Positions 42,480-52,382 of a stretch of 64,000 nucleotides of DNA are shown in pieces. Each line of letters opens with the position of its first letter. The first letter of the stretch is position 1. Both the position numbers and the translations under genes were made by a program. The stretch comes from Gammaproteobacteria bacterium. Its GTDB lineage: Bacteria; Pseudomonadota; Gammaproteobacteria; Ga0077536. The notes beneath the pieces are model-generated. The model searched no databases and was not told where the DNA came from. It was given only the letters and a program-made list of their open reading frames with translations. Location of the stretch: the NCBI GenBank assembly GCA_963662545.2, contig CAXXLL010000003.1:1184001-1248000 (forward strand). Reading direction: 5' to 3'.

Positions 42480-43408
42480 TGGTAGCGATACACGAAATCG
42501 AGCCCGATTTGGAAGCCATTGTAATCGTTGCCGCCACGGCCGCGTGATTCGAAGTAACCAGCGCGCGCATCGATCGAGGCGCTATTGCCAATACCCCAGT
42601 TGACACCGCCCCGGGCGTCATAAATCGAAGCGTCGATCTGATAAGCCACGCGTTGCACAATTCGCACCTGACCCGGCGGCAGCGATGTATGACCGGGCCC
42701 TTCGAGCGCCAGAGTTTTCCCCATGGCGCGGTCCGTCGTGATCGCATTGGCGACCCGCGCGATCGCTTGATTCGGCGTCGACGTCGACACGACTTCGGCG
42801 TCGCGCCAACCGCCCGTCGCGTACAGGGTGATGCGTCGGTTCAAACGATAATCGAGATGCGCGAACAGCCGATGGGATTCGGTGTCGAACACGGCCGAGT
42901 CGCGCCCGCGACGGATATCGAAACCGTAGCCGGCACGGACCAGTAACAGGTCGCTGGGGCGAAACGCGACGGCCGCCAGCGCCGTGCCGCGCGGACCATC
43001 GCGAATCGCGCTCGACTGGTGGCGCCGATAAGCTCCCTCCAAATCGAACTCGAACCAGGGCGCGCCAAACCGGCGGACCGGCTGCAAGCGCCAGCGCAAT
43101 GCGCCCGCGGCTTCGATCGAGTCGAAATCATCGAAAGACTCCCACTTCGTAGCGACGACCGCCGCGTCGACGCCCAGGCCCAGGCTTTCGCCCAGCACCA
43201 AGGACCGTCTGAGCGTTGCACCGAGGTGGGCGCGTTCATCGCTGAAACGATCGACGCCGTGCTCGGCGCGACCGACATTGTCGTCATAGGTAAGGCCGGC
43301 ATCGACGTCCACGACCCACCCGGCCGCACGGGTTTCTACGAAGACACCCGATACACCGAGCACTACGACGATGGCGCAGCACCCGCGACGTGAGGTCGAT
43401 TGAAACAT
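42476..43408 (-). CDS. Putative outer-membrane beta-barrel protein
   Basis: Signal peptide, YDDNV.RA motif, alternating strands, aromatic C-terminus VYRYH. Confidence 0.7.
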   Translation of the reverse strand: MFQSTSRRGCCAIVVVLGVSGVFVETRAAGWVVDVDAGLTYDDNVGRAEHGVDRFSDERAHLGATLRRSLVLGESLGLGVDAAVVATKWESFDDFDSIEAAGALRWRLQPVRRFGAPWFEFDLEGAYRRHQSSAIRDGPRGTALAAVAFRPSDLLLVRAGYGFDIRRGRDSAVFDTESHRLFAHLDYRLNRRITLYATGGWRDAEVVSTSTPNQAIARVANAITTDRAMGKTLALEGPGHTSLPPGQVRIVQRVAYQIDASIYDARGGVNWGIGNSASIDARAGYFESRGRGGNDYNGFQIGLDFVYRYH

Positions 43409-43526
43409 TTATGAGAAATCACTTTATATAAATATCCTAATTATATGTTTTATTAGTTAATAATTCATTATAAAGTCGAATTTAGCCTGATTTCTCTTTC
43501 GCCATAGTGCCCGCGGGACTAAGCTG

Positions 43527-44249
43527 GTGCCCATGCCAAACGAGCCCTGGTCACCCTTCGATGAGCGGCGCCGCCAAATCCTCCTCGCGCTGTTGGCCGT
43601 GGGTGCGTTCAGTGGCCCGCACGCGCGCGCCGGCCTGCTCGGACGCCAACCCGGACCGTTGCCGGCGGGCCAGTCGATCTATCGGTTGGAAGGTGAGGTC
43701 AAGGTCGACGGCACGCTCGCGACCCGCAATACACACATTAACGCCGGGGCCCTGGTCGAGACGGGGGCCCGTTCGAAAATCGTCTTCGTGGTCGGCACAG
43801 ACGCCTTCATTCTCCGCGCAAACAGCCGCCTGCAGTTAGAAGGGGGCGACGGCGTGGTCGTCGAAACCTTGCGGATCGTCACGGGGCGCCTGTTGTCGGT
43901 CTTCGGGCGCCGAGGTCATACCATGCGTACGAGTACCGCCACTATCGGCATCCGCGGAACGGGCGTATACATCGAATCGGAACCCGAGCGCAGTTACATC
44001 TGCACGTGTTACGGGATGACGGAGCTTGCCGCCGCCGATGATCCCAACGCGACCGAAACCATCGACTCCCGGCACCACGACGCACCGCGCTACGTACTCG
44101 CCGGCACTGCCAGCGGAACATTGATCCAAGCAGCGCCCTTCATCAACCACACCGACGAGGAACTCCTGTTGATCGAGACCCTGGTCGGGCGGGAGCCCCC
44201 CTTCGCGGTGGATCCGGGATATGACCGGCCTCGGCCTCGGGTTTACTAG
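43527..44249 (+). CDS. FecR-domain protein with Tat-like signal
   Basis: RRRQIL; G.V.VDG, VETG.RS, T.TATIGIRGT. Confidence 0.8.
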   Translation: MPMPNEPWSPFDERRRQILLALLAVGAFSGPHARAGLLGRQPGPLPAGQSIYRLEGEVKVDGTLATRNTHINAGALVETGARSKIVFVVGTDAFILRANSRLQLEGGDGVVVETLRIVTGRLLSVFGRRGHTMRTSTATIGIRGTGVYIESEPERSYICTCYGMTELAAADDPNATETIDSRHHDAPRYVLAGTASGTLIQAAPFINHTDEELLLIETLVGREPPFAVDPGYDRPRPRVY

Positions 44250-44335
44250 AAGCGATTTAAGTTCCGCTCCGTTCAGTCTTGATTCAGGAATAAGCGGCTA
44301 AGCTCTCCATCACACTGTCACGCGGAGGGCCGGCC

Positions 44336-44662
44336 ATGCGACTCCCCCAGAAGATAAGGATCACCGGTACATTGCTTTTCCTGCTGGTGAGCAGCGGTGC
44401 ACTCGCCTATCACGGCGGATCCAGCGTGGTGAGGCCGCTCCATGGTTTTTCATTGAATTACGGCCATCCCGTCATTCACCATTACTCGCATCACTATCGG
44501 CCCAGGCACCGCTACAGATCGCATTTCGGGTACGGTGCGCCGTACCACCGTCCGTACGGTTATTCGCGGCACGGGCATTACAACGACCACCGGCCCTATT
44601 ATTACCGCCACCCGTTTACCCGGCCTTATGGCAGAGGATTGTCCTTATATTTCCGCTATTAG
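44336..44662 (+). CDS. Small secreted His/Tyr/Arg-rich protein
   Basis: GGAGG RBS, signal peptide ending ALA, low-complexity mature part. Confidence 0.7.
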   Translation: MRLPQKIRITGTLLFLLVSSGALAYHGGSSVVRPLHGFSLNYGHPVIHHYSHHYRPRHRYRSHFGYGAPYHRPYGYSRHGHYNDHRPYYYRHPFTRPYGRGLSLYFRY

Positions 44663-44873
44663 CAGCTCTGGATTTCACGACCGACTCCGCCCGGGCTTTC
44701 CTGATAGTGCCTACCGCGCCTAAGCATTAGCCGGCATCTCTCACCAGCCTTTGTTAGGAGGTGGCCCAAGCGTGCGGCATGGCTGGCGTTACTCCGGTCG
44801 CCGGCCTGCTAAAATCGCACCTGGCTCAACAGGCCTATTTTCAGGCCTGCGCAATTTCGCGGCAGCACCCATA

Positions 44874-46871
44874 TTGGAAAAACTCAACGACCGACAACGT
44901 GAGGCCGTACGCTACAGCGGCGATCCGCTACTGGTGCTCGCCGGTGCCGGCAGTGGTAAGACCCGGGTCATCACACAGAAAATTGCCTACCTCATCGATC
45001 GATGCGGCGCTGATCCGGCGCGGATCGCGGCCATCACGTTCACTAACAAGGCGGCGCGCGAGATGCGCGAGCGTATTCGCGAATTGCCGGGCCGCGGCGA
45101 TCAACGACCCTGGATCTCCACCTTTCACACGCTCGGACTCAGGATCCTGCGCGCCGAGTGTGAGCCATTGGGCTACCGGCGCGGATTCTCGATTTTCGAC
45201 GCGGCCGACTGCGCAGGTGTATTGGCTGATCTCATGCGGCGGGATCAGCCGGGCAGCGATATTCCGGTTGAACGGGTACAGCAATGCGTCTCCGCCTGGA
45301 AGGCCGCTATGATCGGTCCGGCGCAGGTCGTGAAGGAAAACCTGACGCCTCCGCAGTCATTGGCGGCACGTTGCTATGCAAGTTATTGCGACGCACTGAT
45401 GACGTATAACGCGATGGATTTCGACGACCTGATCATGCGTCCCGTAGAATTGCTGGGCGCCGATCAGGACGCGCTCGAACGCTGGCGGGAACAGATCGAC
45501 TACCTTTTAGTCGACGAGTATCAGGACACCAATTCGTCCCAGTACGAACTAGTGAAACTCCTGGTTGGCGGGCATCGACGGTTGACCGCCGTCGGAGACG
45601 ACGATCAATCCATCTATGGCTGGCGTGGTGCACGGCCGGAGAACATGCAGCTACTCGCAGTCGATTTCCCGCAACTCAAAGTCATCAAGCTGGAACAGAA
45701 CTACCGCTGCAGCGGTATCATCCTCAACGCCGCCAACGCCCTCATCGCCCACAATCCGCACATCCACGAAAAGCGGTTGTGGAGCGAGCGCGGTTTTGGC
45801 GACAAGATTCGCGTCATATCCTGCACCACCGAGCACGACGAAAGTGACCGTATCGCCAACGACATTCTGCACCGCCGGCTGCTGCACAGACACCGTTTTG
45901 CAGACTTCGCCGTCCTCCTGCGCGGCAACCACCAGATGCGCCTCTTTGAACACGCTTTCCGCGAACGCGATATTCCCTATGTGGTTTCGGGCGGCCGATC
46001 GTTCTTCGACTATTCGGAAGTCAAGGATTGCGTTTGCTATCTACGCTTGCTGGCCAACCCCAGCGACGACAACGCACTGCTCCGAGTCATCAACACCCCG
46101 CGGCGCGCGATCGGTCCCCAGACCGTGAAAATTCTCGTTGAAGCCGCCGCGGAGACTAAGGAGAACCTGGTATCCACGTCACTCGGCGAGGCGTTTGCCA
46201 ACCGCGTCTCACCGCAGGTGTTGAAGCGCGTACGGAGCTTCACCGGATGGCTGCGTGACTTCCAACACGAGGCCCAAACGAGAGCCCCCGCCGATGCCTT
46301 TACTCAACTCCTCAATGACATTACGTATGAAGACTGGCTCGACCAGATTTCGGAAACCGAGAAAGATGCCGAACGCCGGAAGGAAAACATTACCGAACTC
46401 ACGCGATGGATAAAGCGCATTCACGATCGCGACCCGTCGCGGACCATCGCGGACGTCGTCGCCGCGCTTACCCTGTTCGACATCGCCGACCGGCAGGAGG
46501 TTGAGGAACAGGTCGAGGCTGTTCAACTGGCCACGCTGCACGCCGCCAAGGGTCTAGAATATCATCACGTTTTTCTCGCGGGGTTCGAGGAGAATCTGGT
46601 TCCGCACCGAAGCAGCATCGACGATGATTCGGTGGAGGAAGAGCGGCGGCTTGCATACGTCGGTATCACGCGCGCCATGCGTACCTTAACCATCACATTC
46701 TGCCGTTCACGCAAGCGCTACGGACGGATTGAAATCTGCGAACCCAGCCGCTTCTTAGTCGAACTGCCGGCCGAAGAACTTGCCTGGGATGGGCAAGCCG
46801 GTGAAGCCGCGAGCGGACGAGAAACGGGCCGCGACACACTGGATAATCTGAAACGCATGCTGAAAACATGA
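44874..46871 (+). CDS. rep: ATP-dependent DNA helicase Rep (UvrD family)
   Basis: LVLAGAGSGKTRVITQKIAYL, LVDEYQDTN, LEQNYR, RGNHQ, EEERRLAYVGITRA; TTG start inferred. Confidence 0.9.
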   Translation: MEKLNDRQREAVRYSGDPLLVLAGAGSGKTRVITQKIAYLIDRCGADPARIAAITFTNKAAREMRERIRELPGRGDQRPWISTFHTLGLRILRAECEPLGYRRGFSIFDAADCAGVLADLMRRDQPGSDIPVERVQQCVSAWKAAMIGPAQVVKENLTPPQSLAARCYASYCDALMTYNAMDFDDLIMRPVELLGADQDALERWREQIDYLLVDEYQDTNSSQYELVKLLVGGHRRLTAVGDDDQSIYGWRGARPENMQLLAVDFPQLKVIKLEQNYRCSGIILNAANALIAHNPHIHEKRLWSERGFGDKIRVISCTTEHDESDRIANDILHRRLLHRHRFADFAVLLRGNHQMRLFEHAFRERDIPYVVSGGRSFFDYSEVKDCVCYLRLLANPSDDNALLRVINTPRRAIGPQTVKILVEAAAETKENLVSTSLGEAFANRVSPQVLKRVRSFTGWLRDFQHEAQTRAPADAFTQLLNDITYEDWLDQISETEKDAERRKENITELTRWIKRIHDRDPSRTIADVVAALTLFDIADRQEVEEQVEAVQLATLHAAKGLEYHHVFLAGFEENLVPHRSSIDDDSVEEERRLAYVGITRAMRTLTITFCRSRKRYGRIEICEPSRFLVELPAEELAWDGQAGEAASGRETGRDTLDNLKRMLKT

Positions 46872-48136
46872 CACCAAGTTCAAGTATTAGTGTTCGAAAT
46901 GAGACGGTTAAGCACGCCGCGCCGATCATCTGCGCCCTGCTATGCCTCGGGGTAAACAACCTGCCGGTATTGGCTGCAGAAGAATTTGAAACAATCGAGA
47001 AAGTACCGGCGTCCGAGGTGCTACCCCGATCGTTTCTTCGTTCAGCCAATTACGAAATTGATCCGGTGTCATATGCCAAGGACAATTTCTATCATTTCGA
47101 GGTCCGCGCCGATCACGGTAATTACAAAATTGCGTCCCTATCGATGCTACGCCTTCGCTTGCATGAGATCTCGACCGTCTCGGAAATTTCGGCCAGGCTC
47201 AACCGATCCGGAGTGAGTCTAAATCGCTCACCCGGCGGTCGCCGGGGCGTCGCCTCGGAATTTGTGGTCGATATTCTGTCCGATCCCTTAGGTACCGCTT
47301 CACAACTGCTCGGAAATATTCAATACAACCTGGAGGAAACGTTCATCGAATCGAAAATCGGAGATCCTTCCGGCGCGAGGCGATCGGCGGGTACCGATTT
47401 AAATCCCGGGCCACACCGGCGCAGCGCCGCTGCGCAAGTGGGCGTCGATGTCTACTCCAGTAACCCGGTCCTGCAGGAGTTGCTCGACGGAATCGAAAAA
47501 TCGCGAAGCGCCGGCAAAACCGCAACCTCGATCTCGCCGCTGATGCGCAACGTTTTTGCTCGGCCGGCCTTTGGCACCGGGGTATTCAATACGCGCATGT
47601 TGTCATTGCTCAAGAACATGGGCAGCGAGGACTTGAACGATCTCATCGCATCCAAGCTCAAAAACATCGGGGTGCCCGCTGCCGTGCGCATTGCGTTCGT
47701 GACACAACCCGCGTTTACGCCGAGAACCCGGCTATTTTTCACCGCTTATCTCGAAATACTCAGTGATGTCAGCGACGTCGACCGGCTGGTCGCGGCGGCG
47801 GCTTCAGCACGCACGGAGGTGGACGCCCTGGCTTACGTCAATTACCTGCGAATGCTCGCCTTCTACCAACTCAGGTCAGGCGACCTCGTGGAAGTCGTCA
47901 CTGAATCGCGGTTCCCCACTCTGGCCACTTCGTCGCGAAAGGCCGTTCTCGCACTACCTCTGGACTACCTGGCCTGGACGGAATCCGTCTCCCAGGCCGC
48001 CGTGGCTCTGCAGGAGCTGCGCGCGTCTAAGGCGCTCGAGAGCCTGACAGTCCTGCTCGCGGGTTCGCCCACCGAGCGGGCGCGTGCGGAACTCGCCGAT
48101 CGCGGCGTCAAGGTGCGCGCCCGTTATTCGTTTTGA
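46868..48136 (+). CDS. Hypothetical exported protein
   Basis: ATGA overlap with the rep stop; signal-like N-terminus; 422-aa ORF. Confidence 0.75.
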   Translation: MTPSSSISVRNETVKHAAPIICALLCLGVNNLPVLAAEEFETIEKVPASEVLPRSFLRSANYEIDPVSYAKDNFYHFEVRADHGNYKIASLSMLRLRLHEISTVSEISARLNRSGVSLNRSPGGRRGVASEFVVDILSDPLGTASQLLGNIQYNLEETFIESKIGDPSGARRSAGTDLNPGPHRRSAAAQVGVDVYSSNPVLQELLDGIEKSRSAGKTATSISPLMRNVFARPAFGTGVFNTRMLSLLKNMGSEDLNDLIASKLKNIGVPAAVRIAFVTQPAFTPRTRLFFTAYLEILSDVSDVDRLVAAAASARTEVDALAYVNYLRMLAFYQLRSGDLVEVVTESRFPTLATSSRKAVLALPLDYLAWTESVSQAAVALQELRASKALESLTVLLAGSPTERARAELADRGVKVRARYSF

Positions 48137-48268
48137 GGGCAAACGTCGCCCGGAGGCGACAGAAGGGACGAGGCCGCGCGTCTAACAACATCCCCCCCTC
48201 CCGGGGTCTACTTAATAACCCAAAGTTTTTCATAGAGTTAACTTCGAGCCACTCATTCTTGTTGCAGG

Positions 48269-48284
48269 TGGCATGGAACCTGCT
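48269..48284 (+). promoter_or_regulatory. Sigma-54 (-24/-12) promoter
   Basis: TGGCATGGAACCTGCT: GG-N10-GC, 30 bp upstream of an ATG with a GAGG RBS. Confidence 0.6.
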
Positions 48285-48313
48285 ACCTCTTGCTTCAAAC
48301 AGAGGTTCGACCC

Positions 48314-48574
48314 ATGCGAGATCATCTTTCAGAACTGCAGCTTGAAACCGTCGAGACGCGGCCGACGCGTTCCGCGCAACACCTCGTCAACGGTTACGCG
48401 GCCGAGATACGGGAGCGCCGCGATCAATTGCTCGACGACCTCGCAATTTACGAAAGCAAGCTCCAGGATATCGACCAGCTCGATCCGCTGGATTTCACCG
48501 GACTCGGCAAACTCTACCGCAGTCATGTAATCCAGATAAGGAATCTGCTCAAAGAATTTGACGACGCCGTGTAA
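48314..48574 (+). CDS. Small helical hypothetical protein (86 aa)
   Basis: RBS, upstream sigma-54-like promoter and downstream terminator. Confidence 0.7.
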   Translation: MRDHLSELQLETVETRPTRSAQHLVNGYAAEIRERRDQLLDDLAIYESKLQDIDQLDPLDFTGLGKLYRSHVIQIRNLLKEFDDAV

Positions 48575-48638
48575 TCGTTTCTTCACGAGGCTCACGCGAC
48601 GTCGATGACGCCATAGTTCCCTTCTCTACGTGGCTTGT

Positions 48639-48667
48639 GCCCGCTCTTCGGAGCGGGCTTTTTTTTT
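48639..48667 (+). terminator. Intrinsic terminator
   Basis: GCCCGCTC-TTCG-GAGCGGGC + T9. Confidence 0.92.
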
Positions 48668-48787
48668 GCCTGTTCAGAAACGACTATTGTTGTCGCCGGG
48701 ACGCGCAGAGGATACCTTTGAACAAGGCTGAAAAGGCCCAGAGCTTTGGTCCATGCACTGGAGAATCGCCGCGACGCCGATGAGGGG

Positions 48788-48923
48788 TAAGGTCTGCGAT
48801 GAGCTGACGGCTCAGCCTAACGCCGCTAAATGGGCGGCGAATAACGCAGTAATACGTGAAAGTGACCCCTGCTCCGTAGGATCGCGCCGTCAAAGCACAC
48901 GCGGATAATTTTGAGCCAGGCTC
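48788..48923. mobile_element. MITE family 3, partial/rearranged copy
   Basis: GCTAAATG...AACGC...GCACACGCGGATAATTTTGAG...CTC|TA aligns with 7141-7220; left TIR not found. Confidence 0.65.
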
Positions 48924-49076
48924 TAAATGATGATCGAAAACACCCGCCGGCCGCAGCCTACTACGAACGGCGGACTCAAGACTCCAGCGTTTGGACCGAC
49001 TAATGATTGTGGTACAAGGATTCTATCGGTGCGTATATGCCCTTGCGCGGACAAACGGTTTGACGATTGAAGAATC

Positions 49077-50744
49077 GTGAACAAGATCTGGTTGAACTCT
49101 TACCCGGCCGACGTACCTGAGACGATCGATCCGGATCGCAACGCTTCGGTCGTCGAGATGTGCGAGGAGGCGTGTTCCCAGTATCCGGATCGTCCGGCGT
49201 TCGGCAATTACGGGTCGATACTCACGTTTTCCGCACTCGACCGGTATTCGAATTCGTTCGCCGCTTACCTACAGCAGCATTGCGGCCTCGAAGCGGGGGA
49301 TCGCGTCGCACTGATGATGCCGAATATTCTCGCCTATCCGGTCGCCATGCTGGGCGCAATGCGCGCTGGCGCGGTTATCGTCAATACGAACCCCTTGTAC
49401 ACCGCCCGCGAACTCGAACACCAACTCACAGACGCCGGCGCGAAGATCATCGTGGTGTTCGAAAACTCTTTGCCGGTGGTATCGGTGGTACGCCCGAAGA
49501 CCGCGCTGAAAACCATCGTGATCGCGCGCATCGGCGATTTCATGGCGCGGCCCAAATCCTTTTTGTTCAACCGGATTTCGCGCCACCAAAGTCCGACGTC
49601 GATCCCCCGCATCGCGGATGCCGTGACCTTGGCCCGGGCGGTGCGAGTCGGTAATGGATCCGAGTTGTCACGCCCCGAAATATCGGGTTCAGATCTCGCC
49701 TTCCTGCAATACACTGGCGGCACCACGGGGCGTTCGAAAGGGGCGATGTTATCGCACCGAAACGTCGTCGCGAATATCCTGCAGGTCGTCGCCTGGTTTG
49801 GCGATCGCAGCGATCGCGGCCACGAGATCGTCATTACCGCGTTGCCCCTCTACCATATTTACGCGTTGACGGGAAACTGTTTCGCCTTCCTCACGCAGGG
49901 CTGCATGAACTACCTGATCACCGACCCGCGCGACATCGGTCGCTTCATCAAAGAAATGAAGCGCGTGCGCTTCACGGCGATCACCGGCGTCAATACCCTC
50001 TTCAACGCGTTACTGCAGCACCCGAAGTTCAGTGAAATCGATTTCACACCACTCAAGTTTTCGAGCGGCGGCGGCATGGCGGTGCAGCGCGCAGTCGCTG
50101 AACGCTGGGAGGCGATTACAGGATCGGTTCTGGCCGAAGGCTACGGTCTCACCGAGTCTTCACCGGTCGTTGCGATCAACCGGTTCGACGCCAGCGAGTT
50201 TACCGGCTGCATCGGATTACCGATTCCCTCGACCGAAATCAGGATCATCGATGAGGACGGCGTAGAAATGGCTGTCGGCGAGACCGGCGAACTCTGCGTC
50301 CGCGGTCCACAGGTCATGCAGGGCTACTGGAACGATCCCGAAGAGACCTCGGCCGTGCTCGACGACGAGGGGTGGCTCAGCACCGGCGATATTGCACTGG
50401 TTCGAGAAGACGGCTATATCCGGATCGTCGATCGCAAAAAGGACATGATCCTGGTGTCCGGATTCAACGTCTACCCAAACGAAATCGAAGATGTTGCGGT
50501 CGCGCACCCGGCTGTCAACGAAGTCGCCGCGATCGGCGTTCCCGACGATAAGTCGACGGAAGCCGTAAAGCTCGTGGTCGTGCGCATTGACGAGTCATTG
50601 AGTGAGCAGGCCCTCATCGATTACTGCCGCACGCAACTGACTGGATACAAAGTACCGCGCAAGGTCGAATTCGTGGACGAACTGCCGAAATCCAATGTCG
50701 GGAAGATATTGCGGCGCGAGGTGCGGGAACAATACGGCAGCTGA
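49077..50744 (+). CDS. fadD: Long-chain-fatty-acid--CoA ligase
   Basis: LQYTGGTTGRSKGAML, EGYGLTESSP, GPQVMQGYW, DRKKDMILVSGFNVYPNEIE. Confidence 0.93.
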   Translation: MNKIWLNSYPADVPETIDPDRNASVVEMCEEACSQYPDRPAFGNYGSILTFSALDRYSNSFAAYLQQHCGLEAGDRVALMMPNILAYPVAMLGAMRAGAVIVNTNPLYTARELEHQLTDAGAKIIVVFENSLPVVSVVRPKTALKTIVIARIGDFMARPKSFLFNRISRHQSPTSIPRIADAVTLARAVRVGNGSELSRPEISGSDLAFLQYTGGTTGRSKGAMLSHRNVVANILQVVAWFGDRSDRGHEIVITALPLYHIYALTGNCFAFLTQGCMNYLITDPRDIGRFIKEMKRVRFTAITGVNTLFNALLQHPKFSEIDFTPLKFSSGGGMAVQRAVAERWEAITGSVLAEGYGLTESSPVVAINRFDASEFTGCIGLPIPSTEIRIIDEDGVEMAVGETGELCVRGPQVMQGYWNDPEETSAVLDDEGWLSTGDIALVREDGYIRIVDRKKDMILVSGFNVYPNEIEDVAVAHPAVNEVAAIGVPDDKSTEAVKLVVVRIDESLSEQALIDYCRTQLTGYKVPRKVEFVDELPKSNVGKILRREVREQYGS

Positions 50745-50853
50745 CGCCGGGCGCACTTTATTCGCCCGCAAGCGGGCTCCTACGGTGCCTCGTTATGCGT
50801 GGTCTGAGCTCCGTTACGGGTGCGGCGCTCACGCGTGCATCAATACAGCGCAT

Positions 50854-51630
50854 TTACATGCTCAGTTTTTCGACCGCCAGCGGCAGAACGTCGGCCAACC
50901 GCCGCGCCCAGTCGCGTTGCCGCGCTTTCTCCGTGATCAAATCCTGGCGCAGTTCAAACAGGACGTGACGCAGGCCGCGTTTGAGGGCGTGCTCGGGAAT
51001 CCCATAGTCCTTGCCATCGATGCGGTAGGGCTCGTTGTCTCCGACGCACAGGCTCGCGTCGGAACGAAGCCCCTGGAGCACCGGGCGCGCCAAGCGCTCG
51101 TCGCTCCCGTAAAGCACGCCGATCGACCACGGCCGCGCGACGCCGAGATAAACCGGCGTAAAACTGTGGATCGCGATGAATATGGTGTCGATTGCGCGTC
51201 CGGCGCGTTCGTCGAGCAATCCGCGAATGGCGTCGTGATAAGGATCGTAAATCTCCGTTTCACGACGGCGCCGCTCGGGGTCGGAAAGCGATCGATTGAC
51301 CGGAATGCCGGTAGCCTCGCTCGATTCCGGGACCAGCGCTACGGAGTGCTGCGGCCGGTTACAGTCGATGACCAAACGGGAATAGACCTGCGCGACCAGG
51401 GTCGCGTCGAGCATCGCCGAGAGTTCCCGCGCGACGCCGAGCGCTCCCATATCCCACGCGATGTGCCGTCCGCGATCGGCGGCACTCAAGCCCAGGTCGC
51501 CCAGGCGCTGCGGGATGGCCTTGCCCGCGTGATCGCAACTCAAAAAGTAAGCAGACACCGCCGCGGGCCGTTCGACGATGACGGGCGCCGGATCGTCGGC
51601 CGCCAGTAAAGGAACCTCTGAATAAGTCAT
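50854..51630 (-). CDS. N-formylglutamate amidohydrolase family protein
   Basis: CDHAG..IP, HIAWDMGA, YSRLVIDCNR, IHSFTP, VGDNEPY, ELRQDL. Confidence 0.9.
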   Translation of the reverse strand: MTYSEVPLLAADDPAPVIVERPAAVSAYFLSCDHAGKAIPQRLGDLGLSAADRGRHIAWDMGALGVARELSAMLDATLVAQVYSRLVIDCNRPQHSVALVPESSEATGIPVNRSLSDPERRRRETEIYDPYHDAIRGLLDERAGRAIDTIFIAIHSFTPVYLGVARPWSIGVLYGSDERLARPVLQGLRSDASLCVGDNEPYRIDGKDYGIPEHALKRGLRHVLFELRQDLITEKARQRDWARRLADVLPLAVEKLSM

Positions 51631-51772
51631 GACACATCTGCCTTGCCCATGAAATCGCGCAGTTCGGCGTTACGAACTTTGCCCATAGTCCCCGCTATGG
51701 CCTGCGATTCGTGCCTTGATCTGCACAATTTCATGAACCATTCAGACGCACCATGACTTATTCAGAGGTTCC
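51611..51772. mobile_element. MITE family 1, copy D (162 bp), overlapping both neighbouring ORFs
   Basis: GGAACCTCTGAATAAGTCATG ... CATGACTTATTCAGAGGTTCC; non-consensus flanks TAAA / CAAG. Confidence 0.92.
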
Positions 51773-52322
51773 CAAGGAACTCACGATGTCTCGTCGTTGT
51801 CGCTGTCAGGGGATGCTCAGGATAGAGTTCAGGATGCTTGTAACGGGGATGCCACCCGAAACCCTGCCAGGTGGTGAGCTTCTTCGGCACGATGCGGAAG
51901 GTCCAACAGGGTTCCACATTGACACCGCCACGATACTCGGCAGCTTTGTCGCCGAGGTAACGCGGCCCGGTGTGCTTCTCGCCGATCTGGTTCCAGATCG
52001 ATTTCTCACCGTTCTCTAGATAGGGGCCGACGGCCGCTTCGACCACGATCGCCGTCCCTTCGCAAATCACCTTCCGAATCGGCGGCACAGCTTCGTCCAC
52101 CACCAGGGACACCCGCGGATCCGCCGCCAGGAAGTGCGCCCATTCCGATCGCTTGCGCCCGACCACCCAGAACGCATCGCCGTCCCAGTGGTACCACACG
52201 GGCACGATGTAGGGCGCGCCATCGGAGCTTAGACAGGCGAGCCGAGCCAGCCACGGCCCGGCCAGGAATTCGTCCATTTCCTCAACCGACATACCACCGA
52301 GTTTATCCCCACGCCAACTCAT
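51762..52322 (-). CDS. Pyridoxamine 5'-phosphate oxidase-like (split-barrel flavin-binding) protein
   Basis: ARLAC...DGAPYIVPVWY.WDG, L.ADPRVSLVVD. Confidence 0.85.
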   Translation of the reverse strand: MSWRGDKLGGMSVEEMDEFLAGPWLARLACLSSDGAPYIVPVWYHWDGDAFWVVGRKRSEWAHFLAADPRVSLVVDEAVPPIRKVICEGTAIVVEAAVGPYLENGEKSIWNQIGEKHTGPRYLGDKAAEYRGGVNVEPCWTFRIVPKKLTTWQGFGWHPRYKHPELYPEHPLTATTTRHREFLGNL

Positions 52323-52382
52323 GGTCGCCGTTGCCCGCGCTGCATCATCAGGCCCATTCCGGAAGACACTTCAAGACCCATA

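Noticed and set aside
51753-52019. ORF starting MTYSEVPKE on the + strand
   Set aside because: Starts in the MITE TIR and is antisense to the PNPOx-like gene; no recognisable motifs.
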